From: Chthoniobacteraceae bacterium
GTDB taxonomy: Bacteria > Verrucomicrobiota > Verrucomicrobiia > Chthoniobacterales > Chthoniobacteraceae
DNA: 64,000 bases
Assembly (NCBI GenBank): GCA_037190965.1
Contig: JBBCKI010000013.1
Location: forward strand, 11,998 to 75,997
Reading direction: 5' to 3'
This document shows, in pieces, positions 29,028-38,700 of the stretch. Position numbers and translations under genes: made by a program. The notes under the pieces were generated by a model that searched no databases, was not told the origin of the DNA, and worked only from the letters and a program-made list of their open reading frames with translations. The number at the start of each line of letters is the position of its first letter. The first letter of the stretch is position 1.

Positions 29028-30128
29028 CTAGTTTCCCGATTTCCCGAGCGTTTTGAGGGCTCGGTCCGTCGTCAGCCAGATGAGGCCCACTTGACGGGCG
29101 GCCTGCTGGACCAAATTCAGCCGGTCCGTCTTCGTCGGGTATTCGATCAGGAGGACTGGCTTGGAGGCCGCCAGCGCGAGCGTTGCAAAGTCGAGAATGT
29201 AATTCGTAAATTCCAGCGGTTGTAAGGTATTGCCGTTGGTGAAGAGATCTTCAATGCCCACCGCAGAGATGGTCGAAAGAAAGTCCGCGTGCTCAAGCAG
29301 TTGAACGCCGTTTTGCGGAATGATCAATGCATCGCTCTTGCCCGCGCGGGCGCGAATCGCAATCTTCTTAACCAAATCCACCATGTCCCGCCGATAGGTT
29401 TGAGCAGTTTCCGGGTTGACGCGATCGTCGATCCAGTTTTTCCCATCAAACTCGAAAGATTCGAAGCCGTCGACAATATCGAGATAGATCCCGTCAAATC
29501 CGCGCCCCATGAGCTTATCGACCATGGGCAGAATGATGTTCTGCCAGCCGGGTTGCCAGTACTTCACCACATAGTTTCCCTTCCACTGAGGGCTTTCCTT
29601 CACCAGGAATGAGGGGGCGCTGGCGGTCAGTTTTCCTTTCTTCGTCCACGCCGCGTTCCAGTAGGGACGGTAGCTTTCCGCCTCGCCAATGGAGAGATAG
29701 GCGAGGACTTTTCGCCCAGGCTGCCCTTGGCGGATGGCAATGATGTCGGCGGGGGTGAAGTCCGATTTGGCGTTGAACGAGGGATCGATGATCACCCAGT
29801 CGCGCTTGCTGGCGGCGATTTTTTTGACGGCATCCGCGCTTTTCTTTGCGAGCGCATCCGGCTGGAGGACGTAGGCAAAAGATTTCGGAGGAGTAATGAT
29901 CCCGGTCACTGAGTTTGAACCGCCCAAAGTCAATGTGCCGCCTCCCAGGGTTAACGTTCCGCCTCCCACTGTGATGGTGCTCGTGCCACTTCCCGGAGAC
30001 GTTCCGGTTTGTATGACCCCAGTGCCGCCGGTGTATGAACCGCCTCCGTTCAACACCAAAGAGCCCCCGAAGCTGAAGCCGGAATAGGCGAAGGAAAATA
30101 GCGCAATGGCAAACGTCCTGAAATCCAT
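29028..30128 (-). CDS. Exported GH114-like (endo-alpha-1,4-polygalactosaminidase / TM1410-type) glycoside hydrolase
   Basis: LAYLSIGEAESYRPYW, GFDGIYLDIVD and IIPQNG motifs; N-terminal GGGTLTL repeats. Confidence 0.85.
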   Translation of the reverse strand: MDFRTFAIALFSFAYSGFSFGGSLVLNGGGSYTGGTGVIQTGTSPGSGTSTITVGGGTLTLGGGTLTLGGSNSVTGIITPPKSFAYVLQPDALAKKSADAVKKIAASKRDWVIIDPSFNAKSDFTPADIIAIRQGQPGRKVLAYLSIGEAESYRPYWNAAWTKKGKLTASAPSFLVKESPQWKGNYVVKYWQPGWQNIILPMVDKLMGRGFDGIYLDIVDGFESFEFDGKNWIDDRVNPETAQTYRRDMVDLVKKIAIRARAGKSDALIIPQNGVQLLEHADFLSTISAVGIEDLFTNGNTLQPLEFTNYILDFATLALAASKPVLLIEYPTKTDRLNLVQQAARQVGLIWLTTDRALKTLGKSGN

Positions 30129-30362
30129 GGTATTGGATAGTGCTGTTTATACAAAATGATTGGAAGTGTAAAATATGCGTATTCGATAGTGGGCGATATC
30201 GGATCGAAGGGATCTGAGTGAAAACCCAAGAAACGTGGCGAGCGAATTTTGCTGAAAAAATCCGGCGCAGAAGGTGAGTGATTCGTCGGCGGATGGGCCT
30301 GGTTCGGCGCATCATGGGCGGGGAAGGACGCGGCGGCGCGAGGGGCGCTTATAAGAAAGTCC

Positions 30363-30572
30363 ATGGAGAAGACTTACGCGCTCATTATGACCTCAAGGCA
30401 AGCAGCTGCACTGGTAAAACTGATTCGAATGCAGGCGGCTGCTTACGCCGAGGCTGGGGAAGGCGAGGCGAGGAACGAGGAGCTTTTTACGGGGGAAGAT
30501 CTGGAGGCGGTGATGGAACTGCTAGGTTTACCCTTTCCGGGTGGCGCAAAGCCGCTCATGGTGAGGGAATGA
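30363..30572 (+). CDS. Hypothetical protein
   Basis: 69 aa ORF whose TGA overlaps the dGTPase ATG (ATGA). Confidence 0.5.
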   Translation: MEKTYALIMTSRQAAALVKLIRMQAAAYAEAGEGEARNEELFTGEDLEAVMELLGLPFPGGAKPLMVRE

Positions 30573-31921
30573 TGCAATGGGAGAAACTCCTTTCGCCCGC
30601 CCGCCTGGGGCGGCGCGAGCTTGAAACGCCGCAGGCACAGCGCTCGCCCTTTCAACGGGATTACGACCGGATGGTCTTTTCCTCGGCGTTCCGCCGGATG
30701 CAGGATAAGACGCAGGTGTTCCCGCTGGCGGAGAGCGACTATGTGCGCACCCGGCTCACGCATAGCCTGGAGGCGGCGTGTGTGGGGCGGTCGCTTGGTA
30801 CGGCAATCGGAGCGGATCTGATCGATTGCCCGCCGGTTTTTCATCCGTCGGACGTTGGGGCGATTGTGGCTGCGGCTTGTCTGGCCCATGACATCGGCAA
30901 TCCTCCCTTTGGGCATTCGGGCGAGGATGCCATCCGGCACTGGTTTCTTACCTCGCCCCGCGCGTTGGCCCTGTATGGGCAGCTTTCCCCTGAGGAGGCG
31001 GCCGATTTTGCGCGGTTTGAGGGCAATGCGCAGGGGTTCCGGATTTTAACGCGACTTCAGATGCCCGATAACAAGGGGGGGCTCCAGTTGACCTGTGCGA
31101 CACTCGGGGCCTTTGCCAAGTATCCTCTCGCCTCCAGCGTGACACCAGGGGGGCGCAGCGGTGCGAGCACCAAAAAGTTTTCGTTCTTTCACTCGGAGTC
31201 CCCCCTTTTTGAGGAGGTTGCCGAGCGGACCGGGCTGCTCCGGCGTGGCGAGGCTGGGGGATGGTGGTGCAGGCATCCGTTGGCCTTTATCGTGGAGGCG
31301 GCGGACGATATTTGCTACCGGCTCGTCGATTTCGAGGATGGCGTCCGGCTGGGGCTACTCCGCTACGAGGAGGTGCGCGATGCGTTCCTGGAGGTCATCG
31401 GCAAGCCAACGGCGGCGCAGCGGCTCGAGACCATCCAGCGGGAGAAGGAGAGGATCGAGTTTCTGCGGGCCCAGGCGATCGGAAGCGCGGTAGAGCAGGT
31501 AGCCGGGGTGTTCCTGGCCAACCAGGAGGCGCTTCTGGCGGGGGAATTCGAGCAACCGCTGATCGACTGCACTCCGATGGCCGGGGCGCTGCAAAAGATC
31601 GTGCGCCGTTCCCGCGAGACGATCTACGCGAGCCCTCGCGGGATCGAGATCGAGGCGGCGGGTTTCGAAGTGATCGGCGGGTTGCTCGATCTCTTCGTCG
31701 AGGCGGTCGAGGACCTCGCGGGAAATGGGAAGAAATCCTCTCCGCGCTCCCGCACCCTTTTGCGAATGGTTCCCGAGCAGTTCGTTGGCCCTGGGCGGGT
31801 TCCCGCCGATGAGGTCTATACCCGGTTGCAAAGAATGACGGATTTTGTCTCCGGCATGACCGATTCTTATGCGGTGAGCCTTTACAAAAAACTGCGGGGG
31901 ATTTCGCTCCCCGGGCAATAG
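30569..31921 (+). CDS. dgt: Deoxyguanosinetriphosphate triphosphohydrolase
   Basis: KTQVFP, RTRLTHSLE, HDIGNPPFGH, EGNAQ and EAADDICY motifs. Confidence 0.95.
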   Translation: MMQWEKLLSPARLGRRELETPQAQRSPFQRDYDRMVFSSAFRRMQDKTQVFPLAESDYVRTRLTHSLEAACVGRSLGTAIGADLIDCPPVFHPSDVGAIVAAACLAHDIGNPPFGHSGEDAIRHWFLTSPRALALYGQLSPEEAADFARFEGNAQGFRILTRLQMPDNKGGLQLTCATLGAFAKYPLASSVTPGGRSGASTKKFSFFHSESPLFEEVAERTGLLRRGEAGGWWCRHPLAFIVEAADDICYRLVDFEDGVRLGLLRYEEVRDAFLEVIGKPTAAQRLETIQREKERIEFLRAQAIGSAVEQVAGVFLANQEALLAGEFEQPLIDCTPMAGALQKIVRRSRETIYASPRGIEIEAAGFEVIGGLLDLFVEAVEDLAGNGKKSSPRSRTLLRMVPEQFVGPGRVPADEVYTRLQRMTDFVSGMTDSYAVSLYKKLRGISLPGQ

Positions 31922-31927
31922 AGAACC

Positions 31928-32374
31928 ATGGCTATATCTATCGGGAAGACTGAAGAGTTCCTGCACGAAAAGATTCCGCTTTCCGCCGCGATGGGGGTGC
32001 GCGTGGTGGAGGCCGGTCATGAACGGCTGGTGTTGGAAGCTCCTCTTGAGCCGAATCAAAATCATCTGGGCACCGCGTTTGGCGGCAGCCTCAACGCGCT
32101 GGCCACCCTGGCTGCGTATGCGATGCTTTGGCTGGAACTCGACGATACGGCAGCCCATCTCGTCATTGCGGAGAGTTCCATTATATTTTTGCGCCCGGTA
32201 AGCCGCGATCTCCGGGCGGTTTGTGTCCGGCCTGAAGCGCCGGTTCTCGCCGCGTTCAAAGAGCAATTTTCCCGGACGGGAAAGGCGCGAATCAAAGTGG
32301 AAGCGACTTTGGAGGATGCGGGAGGGAGCGAAACCAAGGTCCGGTTTCGCGGTACATTTGTCGCGTTACGGTAG
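31928..32374 (+). CDS. YiiD C-terminal-type hot-dog thioesterase protein
   Basis: IPLSAAMG and PNQNHLGTAFGGSL motifs. Confidence 0.85.
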   Translation: MAISIGKTEEFLHEKIPLSAAMGVRVVEAGHERLVLEAPLEPNQNHLGTAFGGSLNALATLAAYAMLWLELDDTAAHLVIAESSIIFLRPVSRDLRAVCVRPEAPVLAAFKEQFSRTGKARIKVEATLEDAGGSETKVRFRGTFVALR

Positions 32375-32442
32375 AAAAAGGTAGGAAAAATCTTTGGGGA
32401 AATTTGAATGTTTGGCGCAAATGGAGCGTCTAACCTTGCGAT

Positions 32443-32862
32443 ATGATGAGAATCTCCCGCTCTGTTCCCCTGGCTATTTTGTTGTCGGGCTTGTGTGCCG
32501 TCCCGGCGATGGCGCGCGATCGCCATCATCGCCATTACCATCACTCCCGGCCCTCGGTCAGTTTCGGGTTCTATAGCAATCCTTACCCCTACTACGGCGC
32601 GCCTTTCTATCCTTATTACCCTGCTCCCACGGTTATCTACTCGCAGCCGAGGCCCGTCTATGTGGAAAGAGATCGAGATCGGGGTTCGGTGGAACTCGAC
32701 GTGCAGAGCCAACTCGCGCGGAAAGGTTATTACGGCGGCGTGATCGACGGTGATGTCGGCCCCCAGACGCGTGCGGCGATTCGCGCCTATCAGGTGGATC
32801 GCGGACTGCCCGTGACGGGACGGATCGACGGCAATCTGCTTCGTTCTTTAAAACTGATTTAA
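32443..32862 (+). CDS. Exported peptidoglycan-binding domain protein
   Basis: Signal peptide; His/Tyr/Pro-rich linker; VQSQLARKGYYGGVIDGDVGPQTRAAIRAYQ (PG_binding_1). Confidence 0.88.
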   Translation: MMRISRSVPLAILLSGLCAVPAMARDRHHRHYHHSRPSVSFGFYSNPYPYYGAPFYPYYPAPTVIYSQPRPVYVERDRDRGSVELDVQSQLARKGYYGGVIDGDVGPQTRAAIRAYQVDRGLPVTGRIDGNLLRSLKLI

Positions 32863-32995
32863 CTGATTTACGGCGGTTCTCCGTTCCTTGTCGGGACGGA
32901 GGGCCGCCTGAAGTTTCCTGAAAAGATTCGCGGCGGCTTTGCGCCACGATTTCACTCGATCCAGCACCGCAATTCAGATTAAACCGCACTTGCCC

Positions 32996-33427
32996 ATGAA
33001 AACAAACCTACTCAGTATTACCATGGTTGCCGTCATCGCTGTCGGCGCGACGGCTCTCCCCGTTCACGCGGATGATTGGCACAAGAGAAAAAACAGCAAA
33101 TATAAAAAGGATACCAGGGTGACGGTGAACGTCATCAGTGATCGCGGGCATTATCATCGCGGTCCCGCTCCGCGCCCCGTTTACGTCGCACCGCGTCCGG
33201 TCTACGTGGCTCCCCGTCCTGTTTATGTTGAGCGCCCTGGTTATGGCCGGTCTGTCGAGATCGACGTCCAGCGCGCGCTGGCCCGACGCGGTTACTATGG
33301 CGGGGTGATCGATGGCGACATCGGACCCCGCAGCCGCGCCTCCATCCGCGCTTACCAGGTGGATAAGGGACTGCCTGTCACGGGGCGCATCGACGGCTCT
33401 CTTTTGAGGTCGTTGCGACTCCTGTAG
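32996..33427 (+). CDS. Exported peptidoglycan-binding domain protein (tandem paralog)
   Basis: Signal peptide, (PRPVYVA)n repeats, near-identical PG-binding domain; ATG at 32996. Confidence 0.88.
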   Translation: MKTNLLSITMVAVIAVGATALPVHADDWHKRKNSKYKKDTRVTVNVISDRGHYHRGPAPRPVYVAPRPVYVAPRPVYVERPGYGRSVEIDVQRALARRGYYGGVIDGDIGPRSRASIRAYQVDKGLPVTGRIDGSLLRSLRLL

Positions 33428-33446
33428 TTCAATATTTCTTAATTTG

Positions 33447-33480
33447 GCCCGGGCGGGGCATTTCCACGCCCGGGCTACTT
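33447..33480 (+). terminator. Putative terminator hairpin
   Basis: GCCCGGGCG / CGCCCGGGC stem; weak T tail. Confidence 0.5.
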
Positions 33481-33482
33481 AT

Positions 33483-33566
33483 CCCGAACTCCGATGTTGA
33501 TCGCGGTCAAGTCATCGCGACTCAACCTTTTGCGCCAGCTCATCCGCTCCAACATCGGAGTTCGGG
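33483..33566. repeat. MITE-like element with perfect 17-bp terminal inverted repeats
   Basis: CCCGAACTCCGATGTTG (33483-33499) and CAACATCGGAGTTCGGG (33550-33566). Confidence 0.7.
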
Positions 33567-33588
33567 CTTATAGCGGCGCGGCATTGAT

Positions 33589-34665
33589 TTGCACAGAACC
33601 CCGGGTTCTGACACTCTCGGCGAAGTGCAACCGCCGCCGACATCCAAGCCTCATTCCCGGGAAGAAGCCGGAGGAGACCGCGATTTGTTCGGCGCCATTC
33701 TGGCGTCCGTTTCGCGGTCATTTTATCTGACGATCCGGGTGCTCCCTGCTCCGGTGCGGCGTCCGATCGCGCTGGCCTATCTGCTCGCGAGAACGAGCGA
33801 TACCATCGCCGATAGCGCCGGGATTCCGGCAGCCGAGCGGCTGGAAGTCCTGCGGGAGTTTGGCCGGGCGATTGCGAACGGAACAGGAGCGCAAGTGGTC
33901 TCCCGCCTGGATGCTTTTCAAAGCCAGGTTGAAGATCCGGCGGAGCGCACCCTTCTGAGCCATGCGGACACATTGCTGGCTCTGCTCCGGGCTGCGGATC
34001 CCGGAGACCGGGCGGAAGTGGTGCGTGTGCTGGAGGTGATCCTGCGTGGGCAGGAGCACGATTTGGAGCGCTTTTCAACGCGCCGGGGGGAAGGGGTTTC
34101 GGCGCTCTCCAACGCGCAGGAATTGGATGATTACACTTATCGGGTGGCGGGTTGCGTGGGCGAATTCTGGACGCGGATCTGTTTTCGGCATCTGCCTGGT
34201 TATGCCACCCGGGATGAGGAGGAGATGATTCGCCTGGGGATCGGCTTCGGCAAGGGGCTTCAACTGGTCAATATCCTTCGCGATGCCCCCGCGGACCTTG
34301 CGTCGGGGCGGTGTTATCTCCCGGCGGATGAGTTGGCAGGCGAGGGAATTTCCCCTGAAATGCTTCTGGCGGAGCCCGACCGCGTCCGGCCGGTGGTGGA
34401 CCGTTGGCTGGCCCAGGCGCGTGAGCATCTGGCGGAGGGGTTCCGTTACCTGGAGGCCGTGCGTCCATGGCGGCTTCGGCTTGCCTGCTTTTTACCCTGG
34501 GCGATCGGCGTGAAAACGGTGGCCCTCATGGCGCGAAAGCCGCCTCTGGAAAGCGCAGAGAGGGTTAAAATTTCGCGGAAAGAGGTCCGGCGGTTGTTAA
34601 GCTGGGGATTGCTTGTTGCGATGGGCAATTTTTTCCTGAAATGGTTCAAAAATAGGAATCGTTGA
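33589..34665 (+). CDS. Squalene/phytoene synthase family protein
   Basis: VSRSF, DTIAD, YTYRVAGCVGEF and GLQLVNILRD motifs; start uncertain. Confidence 0.9.
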   Translation: MHRTPGSDTLGEVQPPPTSKPHSREEAGGDRDLFGAILASVSRSFYLTIRVLPAPVRRPIALAYLLARTSDTIADSAGIPAAERLEVLREFGRAIANGTGAQVVSRLDAFQSQVEDPAERTLLSHADTLLALLRAADPGDRAEVVRVLEVILRGQEHDLERFSTRRGEGVSALSNAQELDDYTYRVAGCVGEFWTRICFRHLPGYATRDEEEMIRLGIGFGKGLQLVNILRDAPADLASGRCYLPADELAGEGISPEMLLAEPDRVRPVVDRWLAQAREHLAEGFRYLEAVRPWRLRLACFLPWAIGVKTVALMARKPPLESAERVKISRKEVRRLLSWGLLVAMGNFFLKWFKNRNR

Positions 34666-34942
34666 AACCGTGCCTGCCGAAAGGCAAAACGTCCCTTTAG
34701 GAACCACTGATTAGAGCGAGCTATGCCGCAAGTTTGTCATTATGGCGTCTTTTCAACCCGATTTGTCTTCGCTTATCTTCAGACAGGCTGCGGAAAATCG
34801 GCTTGGAAAGCCATCCAAACTGCCTCCGCTTTCGTCATGCTTCATTTAATCAGCGATTCCTTCACGCAGAAAAATATTCCGCTGACACCATATTTACATT
34901 CTTGCAACGGAATTGATTGAACGCTTAATATTCGGGCGCGCT

Positions 34943-35266
34943 ATGGCGAATTTGACCAAAAGGGATTTGGTAGTGAGGATCAGCAATGAAACCGGGATGG
35001 TTCAGAGCGAAGTCTTTGAGGTGATTCAAAAGACGCTCGACTACATCACGGAGTCTTTGGCTCAAGGGAGTGACGTGGAGTTAAGAAATTTTGGCGTTTT
35101 CGAGGTTCGTTTGACCAAGCCGCGCGTGGGTCGCAATCCCAATGAACCGGGCAGCCGCTACGATATTCCGGAGCGAGCAACCGTGAAATTCAAGCTCGGC
35201 AAGGTGATGCGCCAGAAGGTTTCCAAGATGACGCCGGTGCTCAAGCGCAATGGCGATCAGGAGTAG
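34943..35266 (+). CDS. HU/IHF family DNA-binding protein
   Basis: LTKRDLV, VELRNFGVF and GRNP motifs; ATG at 34943. Confidence 0.93.
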   Translation: MANLTKRDLVVRISNETGMVQSEVFEVIQKTLDYITESLAQGSDVELRNFGVFEVRLTKPRVGRNPNEPGSRYDIPERATVKFKLGKVMRQKVSKMTPVLKRNGDQE

Positions 35267-35328
35267 GGTAAGACCGGAAAGAAAAGAGCGCTGCCGCGCC
35301 AGTTCCATACACTCGATCGCTCGTTTTT

Positions 35329-35490
35329 CTCGTTACCAATCTCCAGATTGGTAATGCTCCTGTCTTCGAATCTCTGATTCGCTATCGCCCGACAGTGTGT
35401 TGGGAATACTGAGCTTTATTGCGCCTTCAGGGGTGACGAAACTGGAGTTTCGCAGACACAGGCGTTCCCAATCTGGAGATTGGGAACGAG
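35329..35490. repeat. CTCGTT-type REP inverted pair (third repeat family)
   Basis: CTCGTTACCAATCTCCAGATTGGTAATGC inverted against GCGTTCCCAATCTGGAGATTGGGAACGAG; each arm is itself palindromic. Confidence 0.8.
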
Positions 35491-35515
35491 GGGAACGAGG
35501 TGAAACGAGGGGAAC

Positions 35516-35571
35516 ACCCTCCAACGGAGGGCGGAGTTCCGCGACGCCGCATTCCTTCCAGCCGAAGGCTC
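35516..35571. repeat. GGAG-type REP, copy of 7053-7108
   Basis: 56-bp near-identical match ACCCTCCAACGGAGGGCGGAG(T/C)TCCGCGACGCCG...CAGCCGAAGGCTC. Confidence 0.85.
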
Positions 35572-35723
35572 ATTTTTCTCCATTCGTCAACACCGCCCCG
35601 GCCGCTTTCTCTCCGGTTTCCGCTTTCCGGTTTTGATCTGAGTCCTTGCCACCGGGTCAGGTCTGGGCGAATCTGTTCTCTTGCCCGGAAGGTTTGTCTC
35701 CCGGGTTTATTTTTCTTCAAAAC

Positions 35724-38700
35724 GTGGGTAAACGAGCCGAACACTCCATCCAGATCCGCGGCGCGCGGCAGAACAATCTTAAAGGAATCGATCTCGATAT
35801 TCCGATCGGGCAATTGACCGTGGTGTCGGGCCCCAGCGGCAGCGGCAAATCGAGCCTTGCCTTCGACACAATTTACGCGGAGGGGCAGCGGCGTTACGTG
35901 GAGACTTTCAGCCCGTACACGCGGCAGTTTCTGGAGAGGATGGACAAGCCGCAGGTGGACGAGATCCTCGGTATCCCTCCGGCCATCGCCATCGAGCAGG
36001 CCAATTCGGTCAAGACCACCCGGTCCACGGTAGGGACGATGACGGAGATTAATGACTACCTGAAGCTTCTCTTCCCCCGGGTCGCGCAGGCGTTTTGCCC
36101 TTCGTGCAACCGCCCGATCCGGCCCGAGACGGCGCAATCGATTGTCGCCCATGCGTTCCGCGAGGCGGCGGGGGAGACGGTGCTGGTGACCTTCGGGGTG
36201 CCTGCGCCGGCGGGGACAAAACCGGCTGACTTTTTTGCGTTCCTTCAGCAGCAGGGATACCTGCGCGTTTGGGTGGACGGGGTGGTTCATCGCACCGACG
36301 AGTTGGAGGCCGCGCCGAAGCGGCTCCCTGCGGTGGTCCGGGTCATTCAGGATCGTGTTGCCGTTGAGGAACCGAACCACGCCCGGTTGGCCGAGGCTGT
36401 GGAGACGGCGCTTCGTTTCGGGAAGGGGCAGATCTGTTTCGTGCTGCCGGGAGCGGCGCCCAATACGCCCGACAAGGTGCGCTTTTTCCCTCATTCCGCA
36501 GGGTGGCATTGCGCCCATTGCGATCTCGACATCACCCCGCCTTCGGTTGGCCTTTTCAGCTTTAACAATCCGCTCGGGGCATGCCCGGCCTGCCGTGGAT
36601 TCGGGCGTATCATCGCCATCGATCTGGAGCGGGCGATTCCCGACCGGAACCTGAGCATCGCGGATGGCGTGGTGAAACCCTTCCAGACGGAGAACGGGCA
36701 GGAATGCCAGCGTGATCTGCTGAAAGGATGCGCGCGCCACGAGATCGATATTCACACGCCGTACCGCGATCTTCCGAAGGCGGATCAGGATTTTGTGCTC
36801 TACGGGGAGGATCCCAAGGCGAACCCTGAGGAGCTTTGGACCAACGGGCGGTGGTATGGGGTGCGGGGGTTTTTCACCTGGCTGGAGTCCAAGTCGTACA
36901 AGATGCACGTGCGCGTGCTTTTGAGCCGCTACCGGAATTACACGATTTGCCCCGATTGCCATGGCGGGCGGTTCCAGCCTGCGGCGTTGCATTTCCGGTT
37001 TGCCGGGAAGACGCTTCCCGAGCTTTCCGCGCTGGCGGTGGCCGAGTTGCACGATCTTTTCGAGCCGCAGGCGGAGGATGATTCCACCACGGCGATGCTG
37101 CGCGGCGAGGTCCGCACCCGCTTGCGTTATTTGCGGGAGGTAGGGCTTGGCTACCTGAGCCTCGACCGTCCGACCCGGACGCTGAGCGGTGGCGAGACGG
37201 AGCGGGTGACGCTGACGACGTGCCTTGGCGCTTCGCTGGTCAATACGCTCTTTGTCATGGACGAGCCGAGCGTGGGGCTGCACCCGCGCGATGTCGGCAG
37301 GCTCATCAACGTGATGCGGGATCTGCGGGATCGCGGCAACACGCTGGTGGTGGTGGAGCACGAAGAAGCGGTGCTCCGCGCGGCGGATCACTTTGTGGAG
37401 ATCGGGCCGGGCCGCGCCGACGAGGGCGGCAACCTTGTGTTCAGCGGGCCGTTGGACCGGTTGAAGGGAACGTTGACGGGCGACTATCTCTCGGGCCGCA
37501 AGGCGATTCCCATTCCCGCCAAACGGCGCAAGCCCAAGGGGTGGCTCCGCGTGGAGGGGGCGAGGCAGAACAACCTGCGAGGCGTCGATGTCGATTTTCC
37601 GCTCGGCGTGTTCGGGTGTGTCACCGGGGTTTCCGGTTCGGGCAAGAGCACGCTGGTCCATGAGGTCCTGTATCGGAACCTGGAGGCGTTGCGCGACAAC
37701 GGCAACCCCGAGGAGGCGGCGGGCGCGTGCCATCGTTTGCAAGGCGCGGAGGCGGTGGGGGGCGTGGTGATGGTCGATCAATCGCCGCTCTCGCGCACCC
37801 CGCGTTCCAGCCCCGCGGTTTACCTGGGGGTGTTCGACGCCATTCGCGAGGAGTTCGCGATGCTCCCCGAGGCGCTTGCCGCCGGGTTGAGCGCGAGTTC
37901 GTTTTCGTTCAATACCGGCACGGGCCGTTGCGACCGCTGCTCCGGCATGGGGTTCGAGAAGATCGAGATGCAGTTCCTGAGCGATCTGTTTGTCCGCTGC
38001 CCGGAATGCAACGGCAAACGCTACCAGGATCACGTCCTGCGGGTGAAACTGCGCGGCCGCTCGATTGCCGAGGTGCTGGAAATGACGGTGACCGGGGCGA
38101 TTGAATTTTTCACCCCCAAGGAAGAATCTCCGAAGGCTTCGGTGGTTCACCTTCTCTCCGCGCTACGGTTGCTGGACGAGGTTGGGCTTGGTTACCTTAG
38201 GCTCGGACAGCCGCTCAACGTTCTGAGCGGCGGTGAATCGCAGCGGCTCAAGCTGGTTAAGCACCTTGCCGAGCAGAGCGAAGGCGAGGCGGCACTATTC
38301 ATCCTCGACGAGCCGACGACGGGCCTGCATTTCGACGACGTGGCGATGCTGCTGCGCCTCTTCGACCGGTTGGTGGAGCAGGGGAACACTTTGCTGGTGA
38401 TCGAGCATAACCTGGAGGTGATCAAATCCGCCGATTACGTGATTGATCTCGGGCCGGAGGCGGGCTCCGAAGGTGGGTTGGTGATCGCCACGGGAACGCC
38501 GGAGGAAGTGGCGCGCACGGCGGCGGCCACCGGTTCGCACACCGGGGCGTTTCTCGCCGGGGCACTGAAGCCCGCCGCAAGGGCCAAAGCCGCCGGGCAT
38601 AAGGAACCGGCGCGCAAAAAGAAGATGGCGCTCCCTGCCATCGGCGTGCACGGCGCGCGCGAGCATAACCTTAAAAATTTCACGCTCGATATTCCGCGCG

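Noticed and set aside
27740..30572. Prophage call
   Set aside because: No integrase, terminase, structural genes or att repeats were seen; kept only as a possible remnant.
30569..31921. dGTPase as an anti-phage defence system
   Set aside because: It looks like a housekeeping Dgt followed by a thioesterase, with no recognisable defence genes nearby. A phylogeny would be needed to exclude it fully.
34666..34942. 60-65 aa ORFs upstream of HU/IHF
   Set aside because: AT-rich promoter region with no motif or RBS support.
35427..38150. 907-aa minus-strand ORF
   Set aside because: Antisense shadow of uvrA.
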